Source: Dimargaris cristalligena
Taxonomy: Eukaryota
Direction: 5' to 3'
Assembly (NCBI GenBank): GCA_003614675.1
Contig: ML002318.1
Location: 1-42,313, forward strand
Length of the DNA: 42,313 bases
The position numbers were made by a program, and so were the translations under genes. Positions 1 through 10,395 of the stretch are shown in pieces (within the stretch, counting starts at the first letter, position 1; every line of letters starts with the position of its first letter). The notes under the pieces were generated by a model that did not search any database, was not told the origin of the DNA, and was given only the letters and a program-made list of their open reading frames with translations.

Positions 1-335
1 ATAATTAAGGGCGGACTACTGAGTATATTTCCCAATTCTAGGCTGTGACTGATTACTATGGGTGCCGTGGTGGTTGAATCTGTACAGCGATTTATCAAAT
101 AGACTGCCGTCCGTTGGAGCTCAGCTATAGCCAATTTTATCAATTATAAACGAATTAATCAAACCCAGTTGGGCAAAATAGGGGATTGAGAAGATAAAGC
201 TAGATGGGCGACTACCTTATTCGCTTTTTAATCGAAATAGACCTGACTTGGAGGGTGCCGGCATAATAGTTTACTGGCGCTTTAGCGCGGTCTACGGGTA
301 TTATTCCTGGTGGGGATTATAGGTATAATTCACCT

Positions 336-600
336 TTAGTATATTTTTTTAATATGGTTTTGTAAGTCTTTTTCAATTGGAAAAAAAATATGTTGAAATA
401 TAAGGCAAGTATACTCCCCATTCTGAGGATCCTTATCATCGAATTCACAGGAGAAAATATCAAGGGAATGGGGGTTATTGTGCCGGCACTTGGTGAAGAC
501 CATGTCACATCACTCGCGGTTGGTTCCTTGAGCTTAGCGACGTGAAGGGGAATGTCGGGCTTGAGTGTTTAAGGGCCAGAGACCAAAGTGGACTTGGGTA
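336..600 (-). pseudogene. Possible decayed gene fragment ending in a degenerate C2H2 zinc-finger-like segment
   Basis: A minus-strand frame reads ...RR*AQGTNRE*CDMVFTKCRHNNPHSLDIFSCEFDDKDPQNGEYTCLIFQHIFFPIEKDLQNHIKKIY*. The YTC..F....F..EKDLQNHIKK spacing resembles a C2H2 finger that has lost ligands. The stops are TAA/TGA, compatible with CAA/CGA origins. Confidence 0.2.
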
Positions 601-2703
601 GGTCGGGGTTAAGTGGGTACATCGGAGTTGTTTCCCAGTTTGCATCACTGCGTCGTTTGGTTTTATTAAGGTATAGAAAAATTGATGTAAGGGGGATATA
701 ATTAAACAGAAAATAGACAATAGAACAGAACAATAAACCTTGTCAGGAATCATCAGTTGTACTGAGAAAGTTTAAAATAGATTTATTCAAATATCTCCTT
801 TGAAATTTGCCATTTAACAGAGGGAATTTACTGAGATATATATGCTTAGTGGCCATACTGAGGAGACTATAACTAATGATAGAAGACTTAATGGTTATGG
901 AACATAAAGCACCTATGATAGGGAAAACAACTGATGCAACTACTAAACTGTGGTCATAGAATGGGTAACTGGAAGAAAAGGAGTGTTGGAAAACTTGTGG
1001 AGTGGCGATATTCCCACACCTCCTTAACATTGGATATATATAGGATATACAATAGTCCATAATTAACGGCTGTTTGATTCAATTCCTAGAAGATATCTGT
1101 TGGACAGTCTGGATATTTCCAAACCACAGCTTAAAAAGGATTAACAATATAAAAAAAGGCAGTTTCGAAATGGGTGGACTTTATAAGTCAGACTTGCCTG
1201 AAATTTTGACCCACTATAACTTCATCAAAAGTAGTGGTAGAAAGATAGTGTTGAAGCTGCACCACCAAGGGGGTCCGACACCAACCAACCGCCCCATGCA
1301 GCTGTGGTCCCGACTAGGCCGACTCAGAGCCTTAGTCCACCCATAGCCACCGATACACCCAATGATGCTACAAGGGTACCAGCCGAGGGTATCCTTGCCG
1401 CAGTAACACTCGGTACAATACCTGAAGGTTCTATCCGGTCCCCCAAGAGCACCGAAACCATGACCCCCTTGGTAATCGGGCCCTGAGCTAATGGCCACGT
1501 AAGTGCCGGCAGGTCCATCAATTGACCAGTATAAAGCGAACTACCGATCTACCCCAATAGAAGCCCTGAATGGCTACACTCCTACTCGCTTCATGTTATT
1601 TCACTGTCACCGGACTTATACATCACGAGCTCTATTCTACTAGTATTACTAAATAAATTACTCTTCCTTAGATATTTACGCTCGTACGTACTCGCTCTTA
1701 ACAATAGAATAATATAGTGGAACAGGAAACCCGAAGAAAAGGAGAATCAGCTCATATAAAGAAGGCAGTAAAACTTCCTACTACTGCATAACCTCAGTAA
1801 TGGCCGGCGACCTCGAACTTGTCTATATGATTCCTACACTCTAGTGGCCAACGAGTGCCAGCACTTACGCAGCCTAGTCCCTGCTGCCCATGACAGTACA
1901 AATTAATTATCTATTAAAATATATAAAACAACCTACCCCTACCATTGGTCACTGCTGGGCCAAATTACCCATTATTTATCCACCCCATATTCAATGTGCT
2001 GGTCAAGAGGGTTTGGTAGCAGCAGATGGAACTATGTAAAAAGAATACTGGTTAATTTACAGTTGGCAGTATGGTGCCCTTGTTTTGCTATACCTACGGG
2101 CTGTCTAATTAGTTTATTAGCCAAACTATTATTTCTTTAACTCCTATTTTCTAATAGTATGTAATAATTTGTATCTCAGCAGGACACGCCAGGCTCCTCC
2201 AGTATGTTTGAATGACCGAGGTCTACTCTGAATGCCCTAAATAAAGGTTGGTCGTCCTTCTCAATTGATCAACATTCCCAATTGCAATGACCCCCCCCCC
2301 CATTCCAACAATGTGAATAAGAACCGGGGATGCAGCCCAATTTTACTAATCCGGAGAGGTGAAATGGAATTGATGAGTACTTCGCATACTATAGTCGCCT
2401 TCCGATGCGAAAAGAGATTATAGGCGGAAATGCCAATCTTGAATAAAATTCCCTTCGTTGTATGCCTGCTAATCACTCAAGAAAATTGGTAGGTTTAAAT
2501 AGGAAGATATAATTTAAGTGAACTCCCATTTTTAGTCAGGTTCAACATGCAGCATGTTTATATTCACCTTGCACACACGTGCGCCCGTATAAATCGTAGT
2601 GTATCCGCACTCCTCCTGAAGTATACCTATAATTCATTTATCGTCTATTCATTCAGAAAACACATTCGTCGCCTGTACCCTTAATCCATTACCAAGCACT
2701 GCA

Positions 2704-3333
2704 ATGCCCCGGTTCAATAGAACAAGACGCCCTCCCCCTGCAACAATGCCCTACTTCATCTGGTCAACGAGGATATCGACGTTCCAACGGCCAGCTCAGG
2801 GAACGAGTCCAACCCCCCTACACTTATGGGAGGCTATGCTGGACAGCCTTGAGACTAGCACGGGTCTGCAGCAGTTGATTGTAGCCACTCGACCGCGGAG
2901 TCCCGGCTCAACAATCATAATTAGATACTCAAGAGCGATACCCTCAAATTTAACTATACCGTCTAGGATTAATCAAGCACAACTATCGGAAGACCGGCTT
3001 TCTAATGGCCTTGTACACCTCCGCAGATATGCGATCGAAAGGGCCAATCTCAGATACTTAAAAAACCAAGTACAGCTACGCTTGACCACTGTTCACCGCG
3101 GGCTTCACAGTGTGAGTGTGTCGGCATACCGCCTGACATTGGCTTTGGGCCGTGACCAGAAGTCATACAAGGCTCGCTCCTCTAGTTTGACCCGCATCAA
3201 CACCAGAACCCATATTATATTAAGGAAGGCGACTATTAAGGTGCGTCGTTCAGCCATTAAGTGGTCTTTAAAGTACAAGAGAGACACCACTTCCACAAAA
3301 AGGCCAACAGATGGGATCGGATTGGCTTTATGA
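2704..3333 (+). CDS. Hypothetical basic 209-aa protein (orphan ORF)
   Basis: ATG-initiated 630-nt ORF in AT-rich surroundings, with TATAAA at ~2588 and a pyrimidine-rich leader. No family recognised. Confidence 0.3.
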   Translation: MPRFNRTRRPPPATMPYFIWSTRISTFQRPAQGTSPTPLHLWEAMLDSLETSTGLQQLIVATRPRSPGSTIIIRYSRAIPSNLTIPSRINQAQLSEDRLSNGLVHLRRYAIERANLRYLKNQVQLRLTTVHRGLHSVSVSAYRLTLALGRDQKSYKARSSSLTRINTRTHIILRKATIKVRRSAIKWSLKYKRDTTSTKRPTDGIGLAL

Positions 3334-3343
3334 TGGGTAGCCC

Positions 3344-3846
3344 TGTCACCCGCCCGATTACGATAGACACTTTTAGCCTAGACACCCACTGGAGTTTTAT
3401 TGTGTTTCGCCCAGACCCCTTTTAACCATTCATTCTCAGAGGTACAGGGACAATTCCTTACGGACAATTGTATAGCTGCATAGTGTAGGATGGGGAAAAC
3501 GCCTGAATATTTCTCACCTCCACTCTTATGGCCAATATCGGAATTAGAAATACTGCAGTAAAATAAGAATGGCTATCAGACTGAACAAAGCGACTCATCA
3601 TCACCTCTGAAAGAGTGGGAGAGAGCTGGTCACCAAAACAAAGCCCTGTTGAACAGCAAAAAGCGGTCGACGTCGAAGTGCCCTTGCACGTGACCGGGTG
3701 GTTGGTTTCCAATGTTATACTATTCAGCTAGCCGTCCACAGTATGAAGCCTCGCAGATTTTGGTTGCGAGGCGAGGTTCGCAAAGTACGCCGTTGTAGGC
3801 AAAATTCCAAGTACTGACTAAAAGTCAACGCCTAGGACGGGTAATA
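3344..3846 (-). mobile_element. Putative decayed solo LTR or small terminal-inverted-repeat element (~500 bp)
   Basis: Begins TGTCACCCGCCC (3344) and ends GGACGGGTAATA (3835-3846), which is the reverse complement apart from 3 transitions. Shares the TGTCACCC terminus with the elements at 5667 and 6144. AATAAA lies on the minus strand at ~3396-3401. No target-site duplication seen. Confidence 0.35.
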
Positions 3847-4111
3847 GAAATAAACAGACATAGACAGTTGATGCGAAGAGTGCTTCATAGATATCAATTT
3901 AGAAAAAATAAAAAATAGATCGAAATAACTATAAAAGGGGGAATAGAATGAATACTAATTAACTAAAGAATCAACTACAGGGATTGGCTCAGCTTTGTAT
4001 AGCTGAGCAGGCTAGTGATAAGGGCGCTGAACCAGCATAGAACATACTTGTGTTATGACTGGGCCTGCTTAATCTCTAATAGCATATCCCGGCCAAACTA
4101 TTTTTAGTTTA

Positions 4112-4154
4112 GAAAAGATGAAGAATATCACCAAAGGTCAGTCTTCATCTTTTC
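4112..4154. repeat. Perfect 13-bp inverted repeat with 17-nt spacer
   Basis: GAAAAGATGAAGA (4112-4124) and TCTTCATCTTTTC (4142-4154). Confidence 0.85.
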
Positions 4155-4197
4155 CCATCCATTTATAGGCCATTCAATGGCTAGGCCGTTTTTCCAG

Positions 4198-4238
4198 TAT
4201 TCTATATTCTATATTCAATATTCAATATTCAGTGTTCA
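4198..4238. repeat. Short 7-bp tandem repeat (TATTCWA)n, about 5 copies
   Basis: tattcta tattcta tattcaa tattcaa tattcag tgttca. Confidence 0.7.
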
Positions 4239-5130
4239 TAATTATTATTCATAACTCAAGGATCTTTTAATTATAGAATTCTGGGGTATATCCCCAGACT
4301 TAGCACCTTCAAAGCCGCCAACATTGGCAGCCTTCTTTATCATATTTGTCTAGTACTATCATAGCACCAGTAAGTCACTATGTTCCATTTCATATAAATA
4401 CCTGTTGGGTATTCTCTTAATAAATAGGCAGTTTTTACACTAAGTATAGTTTGCCAGTTAGTAATTTTGATCCATCAGTCTTGCTCTATCCCTATCATCA
4501 ATTTGGCCCAAGCCCATTCATTGTGCCTTATCTGCTGTACACTAGAAGGATCCCTACATGATCCCCAGTTGCCCTAGTTGCCCCTGTCTGAAGATCAGAT
4601 AAGAATTGACACCACCAAGTGCATATTTTCCTTAGTTAGTTAGTTTTTCCACCAGATTGACACTTCTCCAGCTGGCCCTGATAAGGTTATCAGGCTATAT
4701 TACCTTGGGGTATTAAGTGTGACCACAATACTTGGAAGATACTTCTCAAAGTTATAATAAATGGTAGATGAGAGTAGATAGGTATGATTAAAAGTATATT
4801 CAAATGGATCTTTTATACTACCCTGTTTCCACCAATTACATTAGTTTATTTAGTCAACTTGTGACCATTTATATTTCACCTCACTGATTATGCTATTCAA
4901 TAAAACTAACCCCACCTAGAGGTACCAGCCATCCTCTAGCTACTTTATTCCTTCACTTCCAGCTTCATTGATACATCTGTATTTCGAACAGAATAGTGAT
5001 GAAATGTCATTTAATATTACTAAAAACCCACATAATGCTAGCTGCTGGCTGTCATATCCAATATAAAGAAGGCTGCTGCATTACTATAAAATACCCAAAA
5101 ACTAACTATATTACTCTGGGGTAAACTGAT

Positions 5131-5667
5131 TGTTGACCCTTCTAATCCACCTTAATCTGGACACCATGCGGTCTACCCTTATTAGGCCTTATAGCACCAC
5201 ATTAACCTTCCCATGGTCACCCCCAGTACTATTGGATCACCCTATATCATATAACCCCTCCCCTTCCAACCTCCAGCTCTTTGCACTAATCACTCAACCT
5301 GCTGATCTAACAACTCTTCCAGTTACCATGAGAGTCTTCCAGATACTAGCAGCTATCTGGTTGGCCTAGTTTCACTATATACCTTAGTTACCCATAGTCC
5401 TCCCTTAGGACCAGTTAGACTCCTTAGCTTATTCTTATCACCCTAGTTTACTCTAATAAACTCTATATACACTCACCCCCTCATACTAACCTGTAAGTGT
5501 GCACACTGTACATCCCTTATATAACTGATTACCTAAGCCTTTATTAGTTAGTACTATGCCCCATACCTGATACTAGTAGCCTGCTTGGCCAAGTCTAAGC
5601 CCCACCTACTATTAGAAGCCTATCCTCAGGACTCTTAATAGACTAAGAGTAGCTAACCTGGGTGACA
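5131..5667 (+). mobile_element. Decayed LTR-like element (solo LTR, ~537 bp)
   Basis: TG...CA termini with an imperfect inverted repeat (TGTTGACCC ... GGGTGACA), TATA-like CTATATA at ~5376 and AATAAA at 5455-5460. The first ~110 bp are duplicated in diverged form at 6144. GGGTAAACT occurs in both flanks. Almost CpG-free. Confidence 0.55.
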
Positions 5668-5833
5668 GGGTAAACTATACAGGAGATTCATTTATAATGA
5701 TGAATATTTACATCACCCACTAGAATTTCTGCTATACAGCTTAGTTAAACCTTTCCCATATAATAATATATATGGGGAGAAAGTTGAGAGCTTGGGACTA
5801 AATAATCTGCCAGGGGAAAAAGAGAATAGTTGT

Positions 5834-6035
5834 TTAATACTGGTACTGGCTGTTAGAGCCAAAGCTACTGCTGCTGCCACCACCACCATTACCTCTAGGA
5901 ATATATCTACTAGTATTACCATTGTTGCCTCCAAATCCACTTCAATTATGACCATTGTTATTCCAGTAGTAGTAGGGAGTAGGGCAGCTGTGGGACTGGC
6001 TACAATTACTACTGTTGCTATTGTCACAGAGTAGT
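5834..6035 (-). pseudogene. Decayed Gly/Asn/Arg-rich (RGG-like) coding fragment
   Basis: Minus frame reads DNSNSSNCSQSHSCPTPYYYWNNNGHN*SGFGGNNGNTSRYIPRGNGGGGSSSSFGSNSQYQY*. Runs such as ggc agc agc agt agc look like (ggc)n after CpG decay. Confidence 0.35.
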
Positions 6036-6143
6036 GTTAAGCTACTAAAAGAAATGACAAAAATAATATTGAAAAGGGAGGGTGGCTTCTCTCTGTAAAC
6101 TATTTAGTCCCTTTATGAAAAATTAGATAATATACTAATTAAT

Positions 6144-6255
6144 TGTCACCCTACCTAACCAACCTTAATCTGACCCAGTTAGGCCCATAGCTATATTAGG
6201 CCTTATTATGCCATATTGCCTTTCATATGGCCATACCTGGTACTATGGGATCATT
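6144..6255 (+). mobile_element. Truncated second copy of the LTR-like 5' end at 5131
   Basis: Starts TGTCACCC and aligns colinearly with 5131-5240 (ACCTTAATCTG, TATTAGGCCTTAT and GTACTAT.GGATCA are shared). Many differences are C/T and G/A. Confidence 0.6.
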
Positions 6256-6747
6256 ATACATTACTATACAGGTGAAATGTAATCCAATTATGTAAAGTTT
6301 TAAATGGCATGGACGTGGCTAAATAGGTGGGATAGCCATTAACCAATTAGTATAACACTGGCCCTATGCATCAAATTTTGCAGTATTCAGTTTGATTATA
6401 CCACTCCCAAGTGCTTTTTAGGTTATTTTATTCTTATAATTGGGTGTTTAATAAAGTGCTACATGGTAAGATGTCGAATGAGAAAGGCAAGTAAAGGTAA
6501 GTCCAAAATAAGGATACAAATAGACCAGCCAAAATTCAATCTGAGAGACGACCTGTATTATAAGACTAAAGTATTTTTGGCATTGGGCTTAACAGGGTGT
6601 AAGCCCCACACCACTACCATCAACCAAGGTCGTATGTTGTCCATTTGTATCCTACCATGAGCTTCCAGCCGAGCGACCTGATGGCACTATTTCTTGATAT
6701 ATATTTTTTTATACACGCACCACTACTGCCATAGCCACGACCACTCT

Positions 6748-9700
6748 CTATAGGGCATTCACCATGAGCCGGGGAGCAATATTCATGGACATCAGTTCCT
6801 GGAACAGCAGTTTACATGCGTACGGGATATGAATCTGGGAGATTTGGGTCGTATTACGGCATACCCGGCATTCAAAGGAGTTCTTCTTGAGACTGGCAAT
6901 GGCAATCAGGCCGCAGAGGTCACACACGTGCACCCGGTAAGCGTCCGAAGCATCGAACAAGCGTTCCTTCAAAAACTGGGCCACGCCGTGGGAAATCATG
7001 CAATCGCGTTCCATTTCCCCGAACCGCAGGCCACCATCCCGGGACCGACCTTCGACCGGCTGGCGCGTCAGAATTTGCACCGGTCCCCGCGCGCGGGAAT
7101 GGATCTTGTCGTCCACCATATGCTTCAGTCGCTGGTAGTAGGTCGGTCCGAAATAGACCTGCGCCGTCAGTTTGCGGCCCGTGTGCCCGTTGTACATGAC
7201 CTCGAACCCCCGCTTCTGGTACCCCAGATCCGCTAGGGCGTTGGAAATGGCATCGACGGTCACGTCCGTGAACGGCGTCGCATCCCCTTCCGACCCGGTG
7301 AGGGTGGACAGCTTACTGAGGAGACACTCAACCATATGCCCAATGGTCATTCGACTGGGAATGGCGTGGGGATTGATGATCAAGTCGGGGGTAATGCCCT
7401 GCGCCGTGAAGGGCATGTCCTCCATGCGGTAGGTCACCCCGATGGTACCTTTCTGTCCATGTCGACTAGCGAATTTGTCACCCATCTGGGGCACACGGGT
7501 ACTCCGCACCCGCACTTTTACGAACTTCAGACCCTCCTGGTTGGTGGTTAGCATCACCTGATCGACAATACCCGTTTCGGTACTACGGAGGGGGGTGCTC
7601 ACATCGCGCTTATTATGGGTAGTCAGACGCTGGCCCAGTTCGGTGGAGTTCTCGGCCAGGGGGGCGGTCTTACCGATGATAATGTCATCCCCCGAAACGC
7701 GGATGCCGGGGGCAATGAGCCCGTCGCCCTCTAATTTCTCGTACGTACCGTGCTTGAGGCGCACCGTCGTTTCGCGGGTGGGCTTCTCGAAGGATTCCAT
7801 GACCACCATGCCCAGTTTCTTCTCCTGGTCCATGTAACTGCGGTAGAACAGGGAGCGGAACAGGCCCCGGTCGATACTGCTTTGGTTCATGATGAGGGAA
7901 TCTTCCTGGTTGTAACCCGAATAGCACAGAATGGCCACGACGGCATTCTGCCCGGCAGGTAGTTCCCGGAAACGCAGGTACTCCATGGACCGGGTCGTGG
8001 CCAGGGGTTTCTGCGGGTAGTAGAGGATATTGGCCAGGGTGTCCATACGGGCCTGGTAGTTGGTCAAGTGGATACCCATGGCCTGCTTACCCATAGCCGA
8101 CTGGTACGTATTACGAGGCGACTGGTTATGATCCGGAAAGGGAATGATACTAGCGCAGATACCCAGAATCATACTGGGGTGGATTTCACAGTGAGTCCAG
8201 GTGTGCAGGTACAGGGTGGCCGTACCACGCACGCGGGACATTGGGTCGCGGGGCGCCTCCTCCACGAACCCGTTCTCGTAGTTCAGTCGCGAGTCCCGCA
8301 GGTCCTCGGGGGTCATGCAGATCATGGCCGTTTCCTCTTCGTCGGCGTCCATGTACTCAATGACCCCGGACTGGATGAGCTCGGGCCACGAGTACTTCAC
8401 CCCATCGGGGTCGGCCCGGTCCACCAGCAAGTCGATGTGTTGCTTCTGGATCAGCAGGCGCTGTTTCTCCACCACGTAGAGGGGACGGCACACACGACCA
8501 CAGTCGGTGCTAAAGCGCAACTCGCGCTCACGCGTATCGTGCACAATGGACACCTCGGCGTCAATATCACCCTTACGACGTAGGTCCTTGAATGTGCGCA
8601 CCAACTCAGCCGGCACCGAGTGGATACCGGCCCACACCCCGTTGACGAAAATCTTGGTGGCTTCACCAATGTTAGCCGGGGAGACCTCGTTCAGATTCTC
8701 CATGGCCCACTCCTCCAGCAGTTCGATGATTGGAGCCGCGGCCGTACCCACGGTAATATAGGACATGAGGGCCAGGTTTTTGACCAGACCACAGGCCTGG
8801 CCTTCGGGGGTTTCGGCGGGACAGACGATACCCCAATGGGTGTTGTGCAATTGACGGGGCTTGGCCAGCTTACCGTCACGCCCGATGGGGGTGTTACACC
8901 GCCGCAGATGGGATAGGGTGGAGGCGAATGTGTAGCGGTTCAGCACCTGGGACACTCCGGCGCGGGCCTGCATGGCCTTCTTCTGATCACCCCAGTTACC
9001 AGTGGCCAGAGAATATTTAAGCCCGTTGGTGATGGTGTTCGACTTGACGGCCAGGGTGAGATTGAACTCGCGCCCCGAGTCAATGCACTTCTGCAGATAC
9101 TTGCTGATGTCTTTGGTCAGTTTGATAAAGAGCATCTTGAAGAGCTGGGCCAGTAGGGGACCGGCGAGGTCCATGCGTTTCTTACCGTAGTGATCACGGT
9201 CGTCCAGGGGACGCCGCTCCAGGACGGCCAGCAATAGACGGTGGATCATGTAGCCGAAGAAGAAGGACTTGCGGGTCTCGTTGTGGGGATCGGTTCCGAT
9301 ATGCGGTAGGAACTCCTTTTGGAGAATTTCGGTGGCGTACTTGATCCGCTTGTCGCGGGTGCTACCCAACGTGGTTCCGCGCTTGCCAATGTAATCCAGG
9401 GCCACGTCCTTCTCCTGGATCACGAAGGCCTCCTCGATACAGGGCTTGAGGAGCTCGAGCATGTTGGTGTCGTTGGTATCGTAGCAAATATGCTCCAAAA
9501 CGTCCCGATCGGCCATTAAGCCCAGGGCGCGGAAAATAATCACGACCGGAACATCCTGGCGAATATACGGGATGGTGGCCTTAAGCCCGGGGGTGCCCGT
9601 TCGATCAGTCTGACGTACGGGCTTTTTGATGAAGACCGAACTGGCGTTCTTGGAGCCCTTCTCGGCCTGGCTACGGATTTCGGAGGAAAAGGAGTACGGG

Positions 9701-10395
9701 GACGGGGCCGTTTTGGAGAACACGTATACGGTGTTGGTAGCCATCCGCTCCTGAGCGATGAGCACCTTCTCGGAACCGTTGATAACGAAGTAGCCCCCCT
9801 GGTCGTAGGGACACTCGTTGACGGCGTGTAGTTCGGCGTCGGACTTGCCCTTGAGGACGCAGTAGTCGGACCGCAGCATAATGGGCATTTTGCCAATGAA
9901 CACCTTGCTCATTTCGTGGGCCGGGATATCCTCCTTGATGCCGGCCTTTTCCATTTCCGTGAAGGGGTTTTTACCCTGGTAGCGGGGGTCGTTGGGGTCC
10001 ACCGACGTCACCTTGCTACCCATATCCATGTAGAGCGGGGCGGCGTAGGTTAGGTTGCGCAGACGGGCTTCTTGGGGGAACATGGTGCTGGTACTGCCAT
10101 CGGCTTCGGTCATGGTGGGTTTGGATAAATAGACCTGGCCGAATTTGATAAAGTAGCGTTTGATGAGCTCGCTGTCGACCGAGGTTCCCTGGGTGGTGGT
10201 CTGTAGAATCAGCTTGTAGTTCTCGTCGACCAGTTCCTGCATGGTGTTCTGGATGAACTCGTCGAAGGAATCGAGCTGCTGGCGGACCAGCCCCTTCTCT
10301 TCGAAGAAGGAGGAAATGACGTTCCAGCAGTCCTCTTGGGTGATTTCCTCATCCTGCTCGTACTCGTAACCTTCCTCGTATTGGTCGTTTTCCAT
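6748..10395 (-). CDS. RPB2: DNA-directed RNA polymerase II second-largest subunit (1215 aa, intronless)
   Basis: Hallmark motifs [83 protein letters not shown], and the C-terminal zinc site CDLC...CRVC. Confidence 0.99.
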   Translation of the reverse strand: MENDQYEEGYEYEQDEEITQEDCWNVISSFFEEKGLVRQQLDSFDEFIQNTMQELVDENYKLILQTTTQGTSVDSELIKRYFIKFGQVYLSKPTMTEADGSTSTMFPQEARLRNLTYAAPLYMDMGSKVTSVDPNDPRYQGKNPFTEMEKAGIKEDIPAHEMSKVFIGKMPIMLRSDYCVLKGKSDAELHAVNECPYDQGGYFVINGSEKVLIAQERMATNTVYVFSKTAPSPYSFSSEIRSQAEKGSKNASSVFIKKPVRQTDRTGTPGLKATIPYIRQDVPVVIIFRALGLMADRDVLEHICYDTNDTNMLELLKPCIEEAFVIQEKDVALDYIGKRGTTLGSTRDKRIKYATEILQKEFLPHIGTDPHNETRKSFFFGYMIHRLLLAVLERRPLDDRDHYGKKRMDLAGPLLAQLFKMLFIKLTKDISKYLQKCIDSGREFNLTLAVKSNTITNGLKYSLATGNWGDQKKAMQARAGVSQVLNRYTFASTLSHLRRCNTPIGRDGKLAKPRQLHNTHWGIVCPAETPEGQACGLVKNLALMSYITVGTAAAPIIELLEEWAMENLNEVSPANIGEATKIFVNGVWAGIHSVPAELVRTFKDLRRKGDIDAEVSIVHDTRERELRFSTDCGRVCRPLYVVEKQRLLIQKQHIDLLVDRADPDGVKYSWPELIQSGVIEYMDADEEETAMICMTPEDLRDSRLNYENGFVEEAPRDPMSRVRGTATLYLHTWTHCEIHPSMILGICASIIPFPDHNQSPRNTYQSAMGKQAMGIHLTNYQARMDTLANILYYPQKPLATTRSMEYLRFRELPAGQNAVVAILCYSGYNQEDSLIMNQSSIDRGLFRSLFYRSYMDQEKKLGMVVMESFEKPTRETTVRLKHGTYEKLEGDGLIAPGIRVSGDDIIIGKTAPLAENSTELGQRLTTHNKRDVSTPLRSTETGIVDQVMLTTNQEGLKFVKVRVRSTRVPQMGDKFASRHGQKGTIGVTYRMEDMPFTAQGITPDLIINPHAIPSRMTIGHMVECLLSKLSTLTGSEGDATPFTDVTVDAISNALADLGYQKRGFEVMYNGHTGRKLTAQVYFGPTYYQRLKHMVDDKIHSRARGPVQILTRQPVEGRSRDGGLRFGEMERDCMISHGVAQFLKERLFDASDAYRVHVCDLCGLIAIASLKKNSFECRVCRNTTQISQIHIPYACKLLFQELMSMNIAPRLMVNAL

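Noticed and set aside
5713-6034. Hydrophobic 104-aa and 80-aa ORFs resembling membrane proteins
   Set aside because: Off-frame readings of a decayed Gly/Asn-rich trinucleotide-like sequence.
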